A stretch of 64,000 nt of DNA from an uncultured Gemmatimonadales bacterium (GCA_963779755.1 CAVZZO010000003.1:1664001-1728000), one strand, 5' to 3'; numbered from the stretch's first letter, positions 25,867 to 36,050 are shown. Notes: generated by a model from the sequence alone, not told the origin. Program-made: numbers and translations.

Positions 25867-28333
25867 CGGACGGCGTATCCGCCAGCAGCCGGATGAACGC
25901 CGAGTCTTCGTGCAGGGAGCGAAACCAGGGACTGGTCGCGAGGAATTTCCGGTCCGCCGGCTCCTCCTGGAGCAGTGCCGCCAGGAGGGCCAGCGCATCG
26001 GCACGTTGGCCGGCGAGGAGTGTGACATAGGCTTCGAAGGGGGTGAGTGCGAGGCGGGCGACGCGAGACAGTCGGGCTTTCCCCTTCACCGCCTGCGACA
26101 GCAGTGAGCGGGCGCTGTCCAGGCGGCCGCTGCGGGCCAGCACCGCCGCAACCATCAACTGGCGTTCCAGCAGCACGGCTGGCTCGCCCCCTTCCGTGTC
26201 GGCCGCCAAGCGCCTGAACTCGGCCCAGGCGCTGTCGATGTCCGGCCGGCCGTTGCCCGACCAGCCCAGGAGGCGAAGTTTGCAGTCGACGAAATTCGGA
26301 TCCTGGGGGAAGCGGCTCCGGCCTTGGGTGCACCACGACGCGGCGTCCTCGAACCGGCCCTCGGTAAGGGCAGTAAAGAAGAGCCCCGAGAGGATCCGGG
26401 GGGCGGCCGTCAGGTAGGCATCGGCCGCATAGGCGCGGGCGGCGGCCGCGTCCGCTTCGGCAAAGTGCCCATCACTGAAATACGCGCGGCTCAGGATATA
26501 CCACGCCTCCGCGTCCACCGGGTCCTTCTCCACCGCCGCCTGCAGGTCGCGCGCGGCGGCTGCCAGCGTGTCGCGCGCCGCGGGAGACACACGCTCCCAC
26601 CAGGTGTACCGCAGCATTCCCCGGGCGGCCAGCGCCTCGGCGTTCCCCGGCTCGCGGCGCAGCGCCTTCGCCACCAGTGCGCGGCTGGAATCGAATGCCT
26701 GGCGGACGATCGCGGAGTCACCCGGCTCGGTGGACGCCACCTGGCCCAGCACCAGCGCGGTGCGGGCACGCCCCAGCGTGGGGCGCAGCCATTTGGGATC
26801 GGCTGCCTCGGCATGGCGCAGGAGCGTGTCCGCCCGATGCAGGAGCCGGATGGCCCCCTCGGGCTGATCCCGCGCGACCAGCTCCCCGGCATCGTTGATC
26901 AGGTCCCTCGATTGTTGCATCCGGGTCCAGGCCTCGACACTCCGGGTTTCCTGCCGGGTCTCCCGGTTCCGCACTTCCACCCCGATGCGCCGCCGGAGCA
27001 CCGAGGCGACTTCCTGGGTGATGGAGTCCTGCAGATCGAACAGGGCCGGCAATGCGGCTTCCACCGTGTGGTCGTCGAGCTGCACCCCGCTCTCCGGGTT
27101 CACCAGCTGCACGCTGACGCGGATGCGATCCGCGTCGCGGTCCACGCTTCCCGTCACCACCGTGCCGACCTGGCGCATGCGGGCCAGGCTGTCCAGCGGG
27201 ACCTGCCGGTAGCGGAACGGCTTGACCCCCTCGGCGCTGATGACGCTGAGGGCCGGCACCCGGCTCAGCTCGTCGATCAGGTCCTGCGTCAGGCCGGTCG
27301 CCAGGTAGCCCAGGCTGCTGTCGGGCGTGAGGTCCTGAAAATAGAGCACGGCAATGTGGCGCGGATCGAGCCGGGAAGGCTGTCCCAGCGCCGCCGGCTC
27401 CCGGCTGCCGCGCCACCAGAGGACGAGCGCCAGGACGGCCCCCAGCGCGAGCGCCGCCGCCGGCCACCACCGCCACCGCCGCCGCCGCTGGGGAACCGGC
27501 GCGATGCCCTCCAGGGCCGCGATGAACCCGCGAACGGTGGAGAAGCGGTCCGCCGGCATCTTGGCCAGCCCCTGGCCGACCGCTGCCTCCACCTTGGGCG
27601 GCAACGAGGGGCGAAGCGAGGAAAGCGGCGGCACCGGATCGAGCTGATGGCGCGCAATGATGGCGTGGCTGGTCGGCCCGGTGAACGGCGGCACGCCGCC
27701 CAGCATCTCATAGAGCACGCAGGCCAGGGAGTAGAGATCGCTGCGCCCATCCAGGTCCTCCTGCCCGGCGCCCTGCTCCGGACTCATGTAGGGCGCCGTG
27801 CCGACCACCAGGCCGACGGACGTGATCCGCTCGGCGCCCGCCTCCAGCACCGCGCGGGCCACACCGAAATCGGCCACAACGGCATGTCCCTGGTCCAGCA
27901 GGATGTTCTCCGGTTTGATGTCGCGGTGGATGATGCCCATGCTGTGGGCGTATCCCAGCGCATCGGCCACTTCGCGGGCGATCCGCAGGGCATCCTCCAG
28001 CGGGAACTGGTGCTCCCGCTGGAGGCGGGCCCGGAGCGATTCGCCCTCGAGATAGGGCATGACGTAGTACAGCAGGCCCTGCGCTTCGCCCGAATCGAAG
28101 AGGGGGAGGATGTTGGGGTGGTGCAGCTGGGCCGCGATGTGGATCTCGCGGAGAAACCGTTCGGGGCCGAGCAGCTGCACCAACTCCGGCCGGAGCACCT
28201 TGATGGCCACCATCCGGTCGTGCTTCAGGTCGCGGGCCAGGTAGATCCGCGCCATCCCCCCCTGGCCGATCTCCCGGTCCGGGAGATAGCGGTCGCCCAG
28301 CGCCTGCCGCAGGCGTTCCAGGATCTCGGGCAT
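25844..28333 (-). CDS. Membrane Ser/Thr protein kinase with extracytoplasmic TolB-N-like and TPR region
   Basis: GQGGMA, AIK, HRDIKPEN, DFG and YMSPEQ motifs; TM; IAVLYF..GLTQDLIDELS. Start at MPEILER. Confidence 0.9.
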   Translation of the reverse strand: MPEILERLRQALGDRYLPDREIGQGGMARIYLARDLKHDRMVAIKVLRPELVQLLGPERFLREIHIAAQLHHPNILPLFDSGEAQGLLYYVMPYLEGESLRARLQREHQFPLEDALRIAREVADALGYAHSMGIIHRDIKPENILLDQGHAVVADFGVARAVLEAGAERITSVGLVVGTAPYMSPEQGAGQEDLDGRSDLYSLACVLYEMLGGVPPFTGPTSHAIIARHQLDPVPPLSSLRPSLPPKVEAAVGQGLAKMPADRFSTVRGFIAALEGIAPVPQRRRRWRWWPAAALALGAVLALVLWWRGSREPAALGQPSRLDPRHIAVLYFQDLTPDSSLGYLATGLTQDLIDELSRVPALSVISAEGVKPFRYRQVPLDSLARMRQVGTVVTGSVDRDADRIRVSVQLVNPESGVQLDDHTVEAALPALFDLQDSITQEVASVLRRRIGVEVRNRETRQETRSVEAWTRMQQSRDLINDAGELVARDQPEGAIRLLHRADTLLRHAEAADPKWLRPTLGRARTALVLGQVASTEPGDSAIVRQAFDSSRALVAKALRREPGNAEALAARGMLRYTWWERVSPAARDTLAAAARDLQAAVEKDPVDAEAWYILSRAYFSDGHFAEADAAAARAYAADAYLTAAPRILSGLFFTALTEGRFEDAASWCTQGRSRFPQDPNFVDCKLRLLGWSGNGRPDIDSAWAEFRRLAADTEGGEPAVLLERQLMVAAVLARSGRLDSARSLLSQAVKGKARLSRVARLALTPFEAYVTLLAGQRADALALLAALLQEEPADRKFLATSPWFRSLHEDSAFIRLLADTPSVTGAAVP

Positions 28334-28356
28334 GGCGGCCCCCGCAACCAAAGGCG

Positions 28357-28386
28357 AGAAAGCCGGATCGGTAGATCCGGCTTTCT
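28357..28386. terminator. 13-bp hairpin downstream of the DUF4097 operon
   Basis: AGAAAGCCGGATC-GGTA-GATCCGGCTTTCT. Confidence 0.7.
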
Positions 28387-28425
28387 ACAATAGGGCGGCG
28401 GAGACTGCCGGGCCAGCCTGCTGCC

Positions 28426-29253
28426 TCAGGACCGGCGGAGCGTGATGTCGCCGTTCACCGTTTCGATCTTTAGATCGGGGCCGCCTTTGCCCAGGGTACC
28501 CCGGACCCGCCGGGGCCCGAACTTGCCGGTGACGGTCACCGGGAAGTCGCTGGTGATGTCGCCATTCACGGTCTTCACCGACAGATCGGCGTTGATATCG
28601 GCGGGCAGGGTAAGCTCGACCCCGCCGTTCACCGTACTGAAATGCGCGCCTTCAGCGAAGTCCGCCCGCCCCATGCTGATGCGCAGCGAGCCATTGACCG
28701 TGGAAGCCTCGGCCCGCCCGGCCGCGCTCAGATCGATGCTGCCGTTCACCGTACTGGCTTCGGCATCCGCCGGCATGCCGGTGGCGTCGACATCGCCGTT
28801 CACCGTCCGGCCCACGAAGTGGACGCCCTTCGGCACCCGCACCCGGAAATGGACACTGACGTCGTTGTTGTTGGTATTCATGTGCCCCGCGTCGCCGGGG
28901 CCGCACTCGTTCTCATGGCTGCTGCGCCGCGGGGTGGGATATACCGCGCAGATAGTGATGCCGCCATCGTGTTCCAGCACCTTGATGGTGACATCGTCCG
29001 GATCGCTGCGCCGGGCCTGCTTGGTGGCGGTCACCTCGGCCTCATTGCCGGACGCCGCCACGGCTTCGATCTCGCCGTTCACGCCCTTGATCTCGAGCGT
29101 GGTGCCCGGCGCCATCTCCTTGTGCCAGCTGAAATCGGGAGCGGCCGATGCCGCCGCCGGCGGCGGGGACGGCGCCCGCAGGCCGGCGCCGAAGCCACCG
29201 ATGGGCAGCACGGCGGCCGCGGCCGCCAGGGTCAGGGTTTCCAACGCGCGCAT
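28426..29253 (-). CDS. DUF4097-like beta-strand repeat protein
   Basis: Repeated TVNGxI motifs; signal peptide. Start at MRALETL. Confidence 0.85.
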   Translation of the reverse strand: MRALETLTLAAAAAVLPIGGFGAGLRAPSPPPAAASAAPDFSWHKEMAPGTTLEIKGVNGEIEAVAASGNEAEVTATKQARRSDPDDVTIKVLEHDGGITICAVYPTPRRSSHENECGPGDAGHMNTNNNDVSVHFRVRVPKGVHFVGRTVNGDVDATGMPADAEASTVNGSIDLSAAGRAEASTVNGSLRISMGRADFAEGAHFSTVNGGVELTLPADINADLSVKTVNGDITSDFPVTVTGKFGPRRVRGTLGKGGPDLKIETVNGDITLRRS

Positions 29254-29356
29254 GCTGCCACCTCGCTTTCCAATGGTCTGAAGGTCCAGACGAGCATCGT
29301 GTGTGCTTTGCCGGGGATGCCCCGGGTCCGCCGGAGATTCTCCTGGTGCCTTACCG

Positions 29357-30196
29357 CTAGCGCTTCCGCAACCGCATGTCGCCATCGAAGGACTGCATGT
29401 CGATGCGCGCGGAGCCGTTCCCGATGGTGAAGCTGAACCGCTTCTTCATGCCGTGCGTCCCCGTCAGCACGACGGGCCAGTCGGACTGGAAGTCGCCATC
29501 GAAGGTCGAGATGGACAGGGTCGCGTTGAGCGGATCGGCCACCTCGAGCGTGACGTCGCCGGAGTGGGAATCGAAGCGGTAGCGGCCGCTGGTGGCGATG
29601 TTTCCGCGATAGAGGATGTCGCCATCCACCGTGGTGGCCTCCACCTCGCCCGAGCTGATTCCGTCCAGCGTGATATCGCCGTCCACCGCCGAGGCGGAGA
29701 TGTCGCCCTTGACGTCGGTGAGGCCGATGCCCCCGTCCACCGTGTTTACTTCCACCCGGGCCTGGGCGCCGGCCACCGTGATCTCTCCCTCGACGCTGTG
29801 GACAGAGACAAAATCCCGGCCGCCCTGTACTGAGACATTGCCTTCCACCGACCGCAGATCCACCCGGGCCTCGCTCCCCTGCACCGTGATATCTCCCTCG
29901 GTGGTCTGCAGGTCCAGCTCCATCCAGGCCGGCACGGTGAGCCGGAAATCGGCGTTGTCGTTCCCCCGCCAGGGCTGATTGCGGACCCGCAGCACGCCGC
30001 CCCCCTGGTCGATCTGCAGCCGGTCGTTATCCGACAGCTCGGCGGAGACCTGTACCGCGTTGCGGCTCCAGGTACGCACCACGATCTGCCCCGACCGGTT
30101 GTTCATCTCGAGCCGGGTCCCGCGGGCCACCGTGATAGTGGTATCCTGCTGGACCGGTGCCAGGATCAGCGCGGCAATTGCCAGTGTTGCCAGCAT
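29357..30196 (-). CDS. DUF4097-like beta-strand repeat protein
   Basis: Repeated (S/T)V(E/D)GxI motifs; signal peptide. Confidence 0.85.
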   Translation of the reverse strand: MLATLAIAALILAPVQQDTTITVARGTRLEMNNRSGQIVVRTWSRNAVQVSAELSDNDRLQIDQGGGVLRVRNQPWRGNDNADFRLTVPAWMELDLQTTEGDITVQGSEARVDLRSVEGNVSVQGGRDFVSVHSVEGEITVAGAQARVEVNTVDGGIGLTDVKGDISASAVDGDITLDGISSGEVEATTVDGDILYRGNIATSGRYRFDSHSGDVTLEVADPLNATLSISTFDGDFQSDWPVVLTGTHGMKKRFSFTIGNGSARIDMQSFDGDMRLRKR

Positions 30197-30212
30197 ACGA
30201 TCAGCCTTTCGT

Positions 30213-30893
30213 TCAGCTCTGCGCCACGGCCAGCTGGGCCGCCCGGCGCAACAGTTCGATCTTCTTGCGCATGGTCTGCGCGAGATGATCGTTCAGGTAC
30301 GTATTGTTGGGATCGCGGGCCAGGGCACTGCGCGCCTCTCCGATGGCCCGGTCGATCCGGCTCAGATTCTCCTCGATCACCCGCACGGTGGTCGTATCCA
30401 GATGCCCCCGTTCCTCGGCCAGCACCCGCTCCAGCTCGGCGATGGCCGAATCGGGGCGGCCCCGGCCGAAGTTCGCTACCGGCCGCAGCGGGGTCGTCTG
30501 CGCCACGCTATCGGTCCGGGCGGCCACCATGGGCGGGGCCGCAGGCCGCAGCAGCACCCAGGCCCCACCGGCCCCGAGCATCAACAGCAGCACGGCCGCC
30601 ACGGCCAGCTGCGCCAGGTTGAGACTGATCCGCCGTCCCGGGCGCCGCGACGCGATCGGGACGACCCGGCTCTCGCCGGTCAGGCCGATCGCCGCGGCAA
30701 TCCCGGCCCAGACCCGCGCGGGCGGCTGATGCACCGGCAGCCGGGCGGCCCGCGCCGCCACCTGCCCCAGCTCCGCGAGGACCGCCCGGCACCCGGCACA
30801 GTCCGCCAGGTGGCTTTCCAGCCCCTCCCGCTCGGCCGGGCTCAACTCGCCGTCCAGGTATTCCGACAGCCGTTCCGTCCACTGGTCGCTCAT
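30213..30893 (-). CDS. Zinc-finger (ZAS/zf-HC2) anti-sigma factor
   Basis: LSEYLDGEL..HLADCAGC; TM; C-terminal helical IDRAI.EA..AL..DP.N..L motif. Confidence 0.88.
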   Translation of the reverse strand: MSDQWTERLSEYLDGELSPAEREGLESHLADCAGCRAVLAELGQVAARAARLPVHQPPARVWAGIAAAIGLTGESRVVPIASRRPGRRISLNLAQLAVAAVLLLMLGAGGAWVLLRPAAPPMVAARTDSVAQTTPLRPVANFGRGRPDSAIAELERVLAEERGHLDTTTVRVIEENLSRIDRAIGEARSALARDPNNTYLNDHLAQTMRKKIELLRRAAQLAVAQS

Positions 30894-30903
30894 ATTCTGC
30901 TCC

Positions 30904-31485
30904 TTACCGGTCGAGCCAGCCGCGCAGGGCCATCCGGGCCCGGTGCAGCTGCGCCTTCGATGTGCCGGGTACGATGCCCAGCATGCCGGCGATTTCCTCG
31001 TGCTTATAGCCCTCGACATCGTGGAGCACGAAGATCCGCCGCGCTCCCTCGGGAAGCCGGGCCATGGCTTCCTCGAAATCGATCGACAACTCGGGGCGCG
31101 GGGTCCGGGTCCGCAGGTTCTCAACCGCGCTCTCGTCCTCCAGAAACCGGTTCCGCTCCACCCCCAACCGCTCCCGCCGGGCCAGCATGACATTGATCGC
31201 CAGCCGATGGAGCCAGGTCCCGAAGGCCGCCTCGCCCCGGAACGTCCCCAGTTTCTCCCAGGCCCGGATGAACACCGCCTGGGTGGCATCCTCCGCCTCT
31301 TCCGGGTTGATCATCCGGCGCGCCAAACTGAAAATCCGACCCGCGTGCCGGTGATAGAGCCGCTCGAAGGCAAGGGCGTCGCCTGCGGCCGCGAGGGCCG
31401 CGTCTACCGCATCCTGTTCTGCCGGAAGGGTTTCCGAGTCGCGCGTCAGGGCTCTGGCTCCCGAGCTTGGCGTCGTCATCCTCAT
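30904..31485 (-). CDS. ECF sigma factor
   Basis: AFERLY, EDATQAVFIRAW, FRGEAAFGTWLHR and VLHDVEGYKHEEIA motifs. Confidence 0.92.
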   Translation of the reverse strand: MRMTTPSSGARALTRDSETLPAEQDAVDAALAAAGDALAFERLYHRHAGRIFSLARRMINPEEAEDATQAVFIRAWEKLGTFRGEAAFGTWLHRLAINVMLARRERLGVERNRFLEDESAVENLRTRTPRPELSIDFEEAMARLPEGARRIFVLHDVEGYKHEEIAGMLGIVPGTSKAQLHRARMALRGWLDR

Positions 31486-31530
31486 GCACCCCGTTGGATA
31501 GGGTGGAGGGGTGAATTGGTTTGAATTGTA

Positions 31531-31671
31531 AGGACGGGAGAAAGACGGGAGTAGGACGGGAATAGGACGGGAGAAAGACGGGAGTGGGACGGGGAGTAGC
31601 CATGGTCGAGCCAGGAACAGCGTCTTTTCCCGTCCTTTTCCCGTCCTTTTCCCGTCTTCTTCCCGTCCTCC
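31531..31671. repeat. 11-mer inverted-arm element (GACGGGA-core / TCCCGTC-core)
   Basis: About six purine-rich units, a spacer, then about five complementary pyrimidine-rich units. Confidence 0.8.
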
Positions 31672-32816
31672 TATCGCACCTGCCTTCGTTCCGCTGCCCG
31701 GGAGAGCAGGGTGAGCACCAGGGCCACCAGCAGCAGCCACACCGGCACCGTCCACCCGGCAATGGCCGGGCCGGCGCGGAGTTGCTCGCTGCGCGCCGCG
31801 ACCCACTGCCCCGTCCAGGTATCGAGCGAGACTCCAGCCGCGGCCTGGAGGGCGCTGTCGACCGGCAGGGGTGACTGCCAGAACCGCCGGAACCGGTCCG
31901 GCCCCAGGTCGTGCGCCATGTCGGACAGCAGGTGTTCTTCCAATCCGGGCAGGAACATGCCGTACGCGAGTCTATAACCGTAGGTCTCGACCCACGGGTG
32001 CAACGGCACCGGCCTCGGCGAATCCAGCACCGTCTCACGACAGGCTGGCAGACTTCCCTGCAGGCAGGCGACCGAGGCCAAGCCGGCGTGGTACTGGGGC
32101 GGGAGGTTTCCACTGGCCAGCGCCACCAGGCGAAGGACCGGCCAGGTCGAGTCGCCTTTCCAGGGGTCGCGGACCGCGGTACTGGAGCTTTCCGTCCAGT
32201 TCCATGACAGCGTAGGGCCGAAGCGCCGCCCTTGGAGCCAGTCCCGGACATGCGGACCCGGCACGCCGAAGGCCGCGTAGTAGGCGCAGAGACCCAGCTC
32301 ACGCTCCAGCCGGCCCGCGGAACGCGGGGTCGCCAGCAGGAGGCAGGTGCGCCCGTCCGTTACGCCGGGCAACAGATCCCCACCCCCGGAGTACAGGGTC
32401 AGCAACTGCCCGCCGGGCAGCCGGGCGAGGACCGAATCGGGGATGAACACCACGCCGGCCCGCAGGGCCGGTGCCGGCCCCACCAGTCGCCGGTAGCGCG
32501 CGGCCAGGTCGACGAAATCCTCACTGTCGGCCGCACTCACCGTTCGGTACCGCAGGAGCAAGAGGCCCCCAGCGGAATCGGCCGGGATGCGATGCCGCAG
32601 ACTGTCACGCCACGTCAGGAAGAACAGCGCCGAGCGGGCCGCAGTAATCTCCCAGCCGACCTGCCCGCGCTGGTCGATGGCCGCCTGGATTTCCCGGCTG
32701 ACTTCCCGCTCATGGCGGGGAGGAGCGTGACGGCGGTGATTGCCGCTCGTCCCGATCAGGATCAGGGCACAGCCCAGCAGCACGCCGAGAGTCCAGCGTC
32801 CGGGTGTCAGCGCCAC
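31671..32816 (-). CDS. Membrane-anchored extracytoplasmic protein of the ytr-like operon
   Basis: AGGAG RBS and GTG start; N- and C-terminal hydrophobic segments; Cys-containing central domain. Confidence 0.65.
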   Translation of the reverse strand: MALTPGRWTLGVLLGCALILIGTSGNHRRHAPPRHEREVSREIQAAIDQRGQVGWEITAARSALFFLTWRDSLRHRIPADSAGGLLLLRYRTVSAADSEDFVDLAARYRRLVGPAPALRAGVVFIPDSVLARLPGGQLLTLYSGGGDLLPGVTDGRTCLLLATPRSAGRLERELGLCAYYAAFGVPGPHVRDWLQGRRFGPTLSWNWTESSSTAVRDPWKGDSTWPVLRLVALASGNLPPQYHAGLASVACLQGSLPACRETVLDSPRPVPLHPWVETYGYRLAYGMFLPGLEEHLLSDMAHDLGPDRFRRFWQSPLPVDSALQAAAGVSLDTWTGQWVAARSEQLRAGPAIAGWTVPVWLLLVALVLTLLSRAAERRQVR

Positions 32817-33928
32817 CGGGTACTCCTGAGGGCCAGCAGGCCGAACAGGCCGGCCCAGCAAAGTGTCGAGACCGCGGTACGCCCCGGGGCAGTGACCGGA
32901 TCGGGCCGCGCTGCGACCGCGCGCGCGCGCCACTCGGCGACCAGCGAATTCACCGGAACGCCGGCAGCGGCCCCGAGCCGCTCACCCAGTGTGCCAGCGG
33001 TCTCCCTCAGACGCCGCAGGGCCCCCGCGCCGCCATCCGCGAGCGCGAACCGGACCAGCAGCCGACGGCTGTCTTGGGACAGGGGCAGCGCCAGGTTGTG
33101 GTCGCGCAGCAATGAGTCGCAGGCGGCGGCCCGACCCTGCACCAGGCAGCCGGAGTTGAGGTTCCGGGTTCCGGGCACCAGCTCCCGCGCCAGCGCCACG
33201 CGCTCCTCCGGGCTGTAGAGCTCGCGCAGCGGGTCCTGCATCGGCCGAACGCCGACCGCATCCAGGCAGCGGAGGAGGTCGCCGGCCTGGCATGCCCGCA
33301 CCGCCTGCGAGGGTGCCGTCACCAGCTCAACGTGCGTGCGTTCGGCATCGGTGGCGAGCGGGCGAAAGAACCCGATGGCAAAACTGGCTGGATCGAGCCA
33401 GCGAGTGAGCGTGGTATCCCCACTTTTCCAGTAGGCGCGCCCCAGCTCCAGCGCGATGGTGGCGGGAAGCAGTCCACGATCCTGCACCGTTGACCAGGAG
33501 GTGCTGTTCCATACGGTGCTTCCGGTGTCGGCGCTCGTCAGGCGGAAGGCCGTACCGGTGCTGTCCGCCACCACGGCCTCCATCCGGAGCGCGCCCAGCT
33601 CATCGGCGTTCCGGCCAAGACTGCTTTCCAGAATGGTCCAGGCGGAATCCAGGCCCCACTGCATCTCCTGCAACTGCAGGGGCGTGGCCCGCTGGTCGCG
33701 CCAGCCGCTCACGACGGCCAGGAGGACGCCGGAGCGGACGGTGTCCATCCGCGATGGCGGCGCCTGAAGCGCCGAGTTGATCCGGTCAGCCAGCTGGGCC
33801 TGCAGCGCCAGGAGAGAGTCCAGCCGCCGGCCCAATGCGGAGGCTGACTCCTGTGCGCCCAATGGCCCGGCCAGGAGCAGGCCGGCGAGGAGAACCGGCA
33901 GCAGCGGGGAGAGGCCTCGCTTAGACAT
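32807..33928 (-). CDS. Secreted, C-terminally anchored protein of the ytr-like operon
   Basis: Signal peptide ending LGA-Q; C-terminal TM; overlaps both neighbours. Confidence 0.7.
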   Translation of the reverse strand: MSKRGLSPLLPVLLAGLLLAGPLGAQESASALGRRLDSLLALQAQLADRINSALQAPPSRMDTVRSGVLLAVVSGWRDQRATPLQLQEMQWGLDSAWTILESSLGRNADELGALRMEAVVADSTGTAFRLTSADTGSTVWNSTSWSTVQDRGLLPATIALELGRAYWKSGDTTLTRWLDPASFAIGFFRPLATDAERTHVELVTAPSQAVRACQAGDLLRCLDAVGVRPMQDPLRELYSPEERVALARELVPGTRNLNSGCLVQGRAAACDSLLRDHNLALPLSQDSRRLLVRFALADGGAGALRRLRETAGTLGERLGAAAGVPVNSLVAEWRARAVAARPDPVTAPGRTAVSTLCWAGLFGLLALRSTRWR

Positions 33929-34577
33929 CGATCAGCATCCACCGGCCGGTGAAGACGTCCAGCGGGCCGGGCCAGATCATGACGCGGTCGAGGAACCAGA
34001 GAATCGGATTGAAACCGGTGACGGCATGGATCAGGAGCCCGAGGCCGATAACACCGGCGATGGCGCCCAGAATCCAGGCGGCCGTCCGGGATGATCCCGC
34101 AACCACCGCGAAGAAGCAGGCGAACGCCACCAGGGCAGCGAGAGCGAAGCGCAGGGCGAGGAGCGTGGGGTAGCCGTGCAGGCCGGCAGGGAGCGCGGTG
34201 CGTGCCACGGCGAGGAGGCTGCCGGCCCAGAGGAGCAGGACCGGTACCAACAGCAGCAGAACGCCGGCGCCGAACCGGGATAGGACGTAGTGCCAGCGGG
34301 GCAACGGCAGCGAGAGGGCGTAGACATGGCGTCCCCGGCGGTCGCTCTGCCAGGCGGTGAACGCGAGCAGGAGTCCGGAGAGCGCCGCCAGGAGCGGATA
34401 CAGGGTGCCGTAGGACTGGAGCGCGGAAAGCATCCCCAACACTTCCCAGCGCCCCACGCCGCCGCTTCCCGCCGCGGCCCGGACCGTGGCCAGCGGCACC
34501 GCGAAGGCCAGGAGACCGAGGAACGCCAGGGCCGGGCGGGACCACTTCCATTGCGACCAGAGAATGACGCGGAACAC
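33921..34577 (-). CDS. ABC-2-type permease
   Basis: About six TM segments; DRRGRHVYALSLPLPRW loop; GAGGAG RBS before GTG. Confidence 0.75.
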   Translation of the reverse strand: MFRVILWSQWKWSRPALAFLGLLAFAVPLATVRAAAGSGGVGRWEVLGMLSALQSYGTLYPLLAALSGLLLAFTAWQSDRRGRHVYALSLPLPRWHYVLSRFGAGVLLLLVPVLLLWAGSLLAVARTALPAGLHGYPTLLALRFALAALVAFACFFAVVAGSSRTAAWILGAIAGVIGLGLLIHAVTGFNPILWFLDRVMIWPGPLDVFTGRWMLIDV

Positions 34578-34588
34578 GGGTTCCCTCC

Positions 34589-35485
34589 TCAGGACGCGTG
34601 CGGCCGCGCGGAGCGCAGCAGCTCGACGAATCCTTCTTCCAGGTCGAGATCGATGACCTCGCGCAGCGTGGCGCCAACCGAGTCGAAGTACTGACTCATG
34701 GGCGGCTGCCATCCACGGACGATCCAGGTTTCATGGGCGCCTTCGGCCACGGTACGGTCCAGCAGGATGAACGGGGTATCCTCCACCCGCTCAGGCGGCC
34801 GGGCCACGCGGAGTCGCTTGATGCCTGCCTTGAAGCTGATCATCGGCATTTCCGCCACCAGCCGGCCCGCGTCCAGCACGCCCACCCAGTCGCAGATCCG
34901 TTCCAGCTCGTGCACCAGGTGGCTGGAAATGAGGACCGTCGCGGTTCGGCGGGCGACGTAGTCCAGCAGCGCAGTCAGTACCTCCCGCCGCACCACCGGA
35001 TCGAGCCCGTCGGTGGGTTCGTCCAGCAGCAGGAGATCCGGCTGCTGCGCCAGGGCCAGCAGGATAAGCAGCTTGCCCATCTCTCCCTTGGAGAGGCGCA
35101 GCAGTCCCTGCGCCCGCTCGAGCCGGAACCGGCTCAGCAGCTCCTCGGCCCATTTCCAGTCCCAGGAGGGGTAGAAGGCGGAGTGAAACCGCAGGGCCTC
35201 TTCCACAGTGAAGGAGAGGTGCAGGTGCGGGCGCTCGGGCACGAAACCGGTGGATCGGAGCATGTCCGGCGTCTGAGCAGGGATCTCGCGCCCCAGCACC
35301 CGAATCCTGCCGGAGCGGGCCCGGAGCAGTCCCATGAGCAGGCGGATGCTGGTGGTCTTTCCGCTGCCATTCGGCCCGAGGAAACCATAGACCGCGCCCT
35401 GCGGCACGTGGAGGCCCAGATCGCGAATCTCGAACCGCCAGCCCGCGCGGTAGCACACTCCGGATGTCTCGATGGCGTAGCTCAT
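34589..35485 (-). CDS. ABC transporter ATPase (YtrB-like)
   Basis: GPNGSGKT, LSKGE, LLLDEPTDGLD and SSH motifs. Confidence 0.92.
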   Translation of the reverse strand: MSYAIETSGVCYRAGWRFEIRDLGLHVPQGAVYGFLGPNGSGKTTSIRLLMGLLRARSGRIRVLGREIPAQTPDMLRSTGFVPERPHLHLSFTVEEALRFHSAFYPSWDWKWAEELLSRFRLERAQGLLRLSKGEMGKLLILLALAQQPDLLLLDEPTDGLDPVVRREVLTALLDYVARRTATVLISSHLVHELERICDWVGVLDAGRLVAEMPMISFKAGIKRLRVARPPERVEDTPFILLDRTVAEGAHETWIVRGWQPPMSQYFDSVGATLREVIDLDLEEGFVELLRSARPHAS

Positions 35486-35862
35486 GCGGCGCTGACTCCC
35501 ATTTCACGGTCCAGTGCCGTCCGCAGATCCGTGGCGGTAAGGCCCAGCCTGGCCCCCTCGGCCAGGAGACTGCGCACCAGGCGCGATGCCTCGAAGCCGC
35601 GCTCATCGTCGCGGCGCGCCGCCTGGACCTCGCGCACGAAGGTCCCCGCCCCCTGCCGCATCTCCACGAAGCCCTCGCGCTCCAGGTCTCGATAGGCCTG
35701 GACGACGGTGGCCGGATTTACCCGGAGCCGGATGGCAAGCTGCCGTACCGAAGGCAGGCTCTCGCCCGCACGCAGCTCACCCGAAGCCACCGCCAGACGG
35801 ATCCGGGAGGCGATCTGCGCATACAGCGGGGTGGGACTGCGTGGGTCGATCCGGTCGAACAT
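35482..35862 (-). CDS. GntR-family regulator, YtrA subfamily
   Basis: 126 aa; PLYAQI, LPSVRQLA..VNPATV..AYRDLE..G.GTFV. Confidence 0.9.
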   Translation of the reverse strand: MFDRIDPRSPTPLYAQIASRIRLAVASGELRAGESLPSVRQLAIRLRVNPATVVQAYRDLEREGFVEMRQGAGTFVREVQAARRDDERGFEASRLVRSLLAEGARLGLTATDLRTALDREMGVSAA

Positions 35863-36027
35863 GGGTTACCTGTGCTTCTACCGTGGAATCAGGGGACCGG
35901 CCGGGCGGACGGATCCGATATACAGCCGGCCCAACGATCCCCATGCCAATGCCCGCGTCAGGCCTGATAAGCCACTGAATAACAACGTGGTAGCAGCGAA
36001 GTCCCAGGAGATTGCAAAGCGTGTCTG

Positions 36028-36050
36028 GTGTATCATTGTTCTAATACACT
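36028..36050. promoter_or_regulatory. YtrA-type operator
   Basis: GTGTA-TCATTGTTCTAA-TACAC inverted repeat, similar to the B. subtilis YtrA site AGTGTA-N13-TACACT (12-nt spacer here). Confidence 0.65.

Noticed and set aside
35878..36036. 52-codon minus-strand ORF upstream of the ytrA-like gene
   Set aside because: Starts inside the operator, uses rare codons (TTA, ATA) and has no RBS; probably non-coding.
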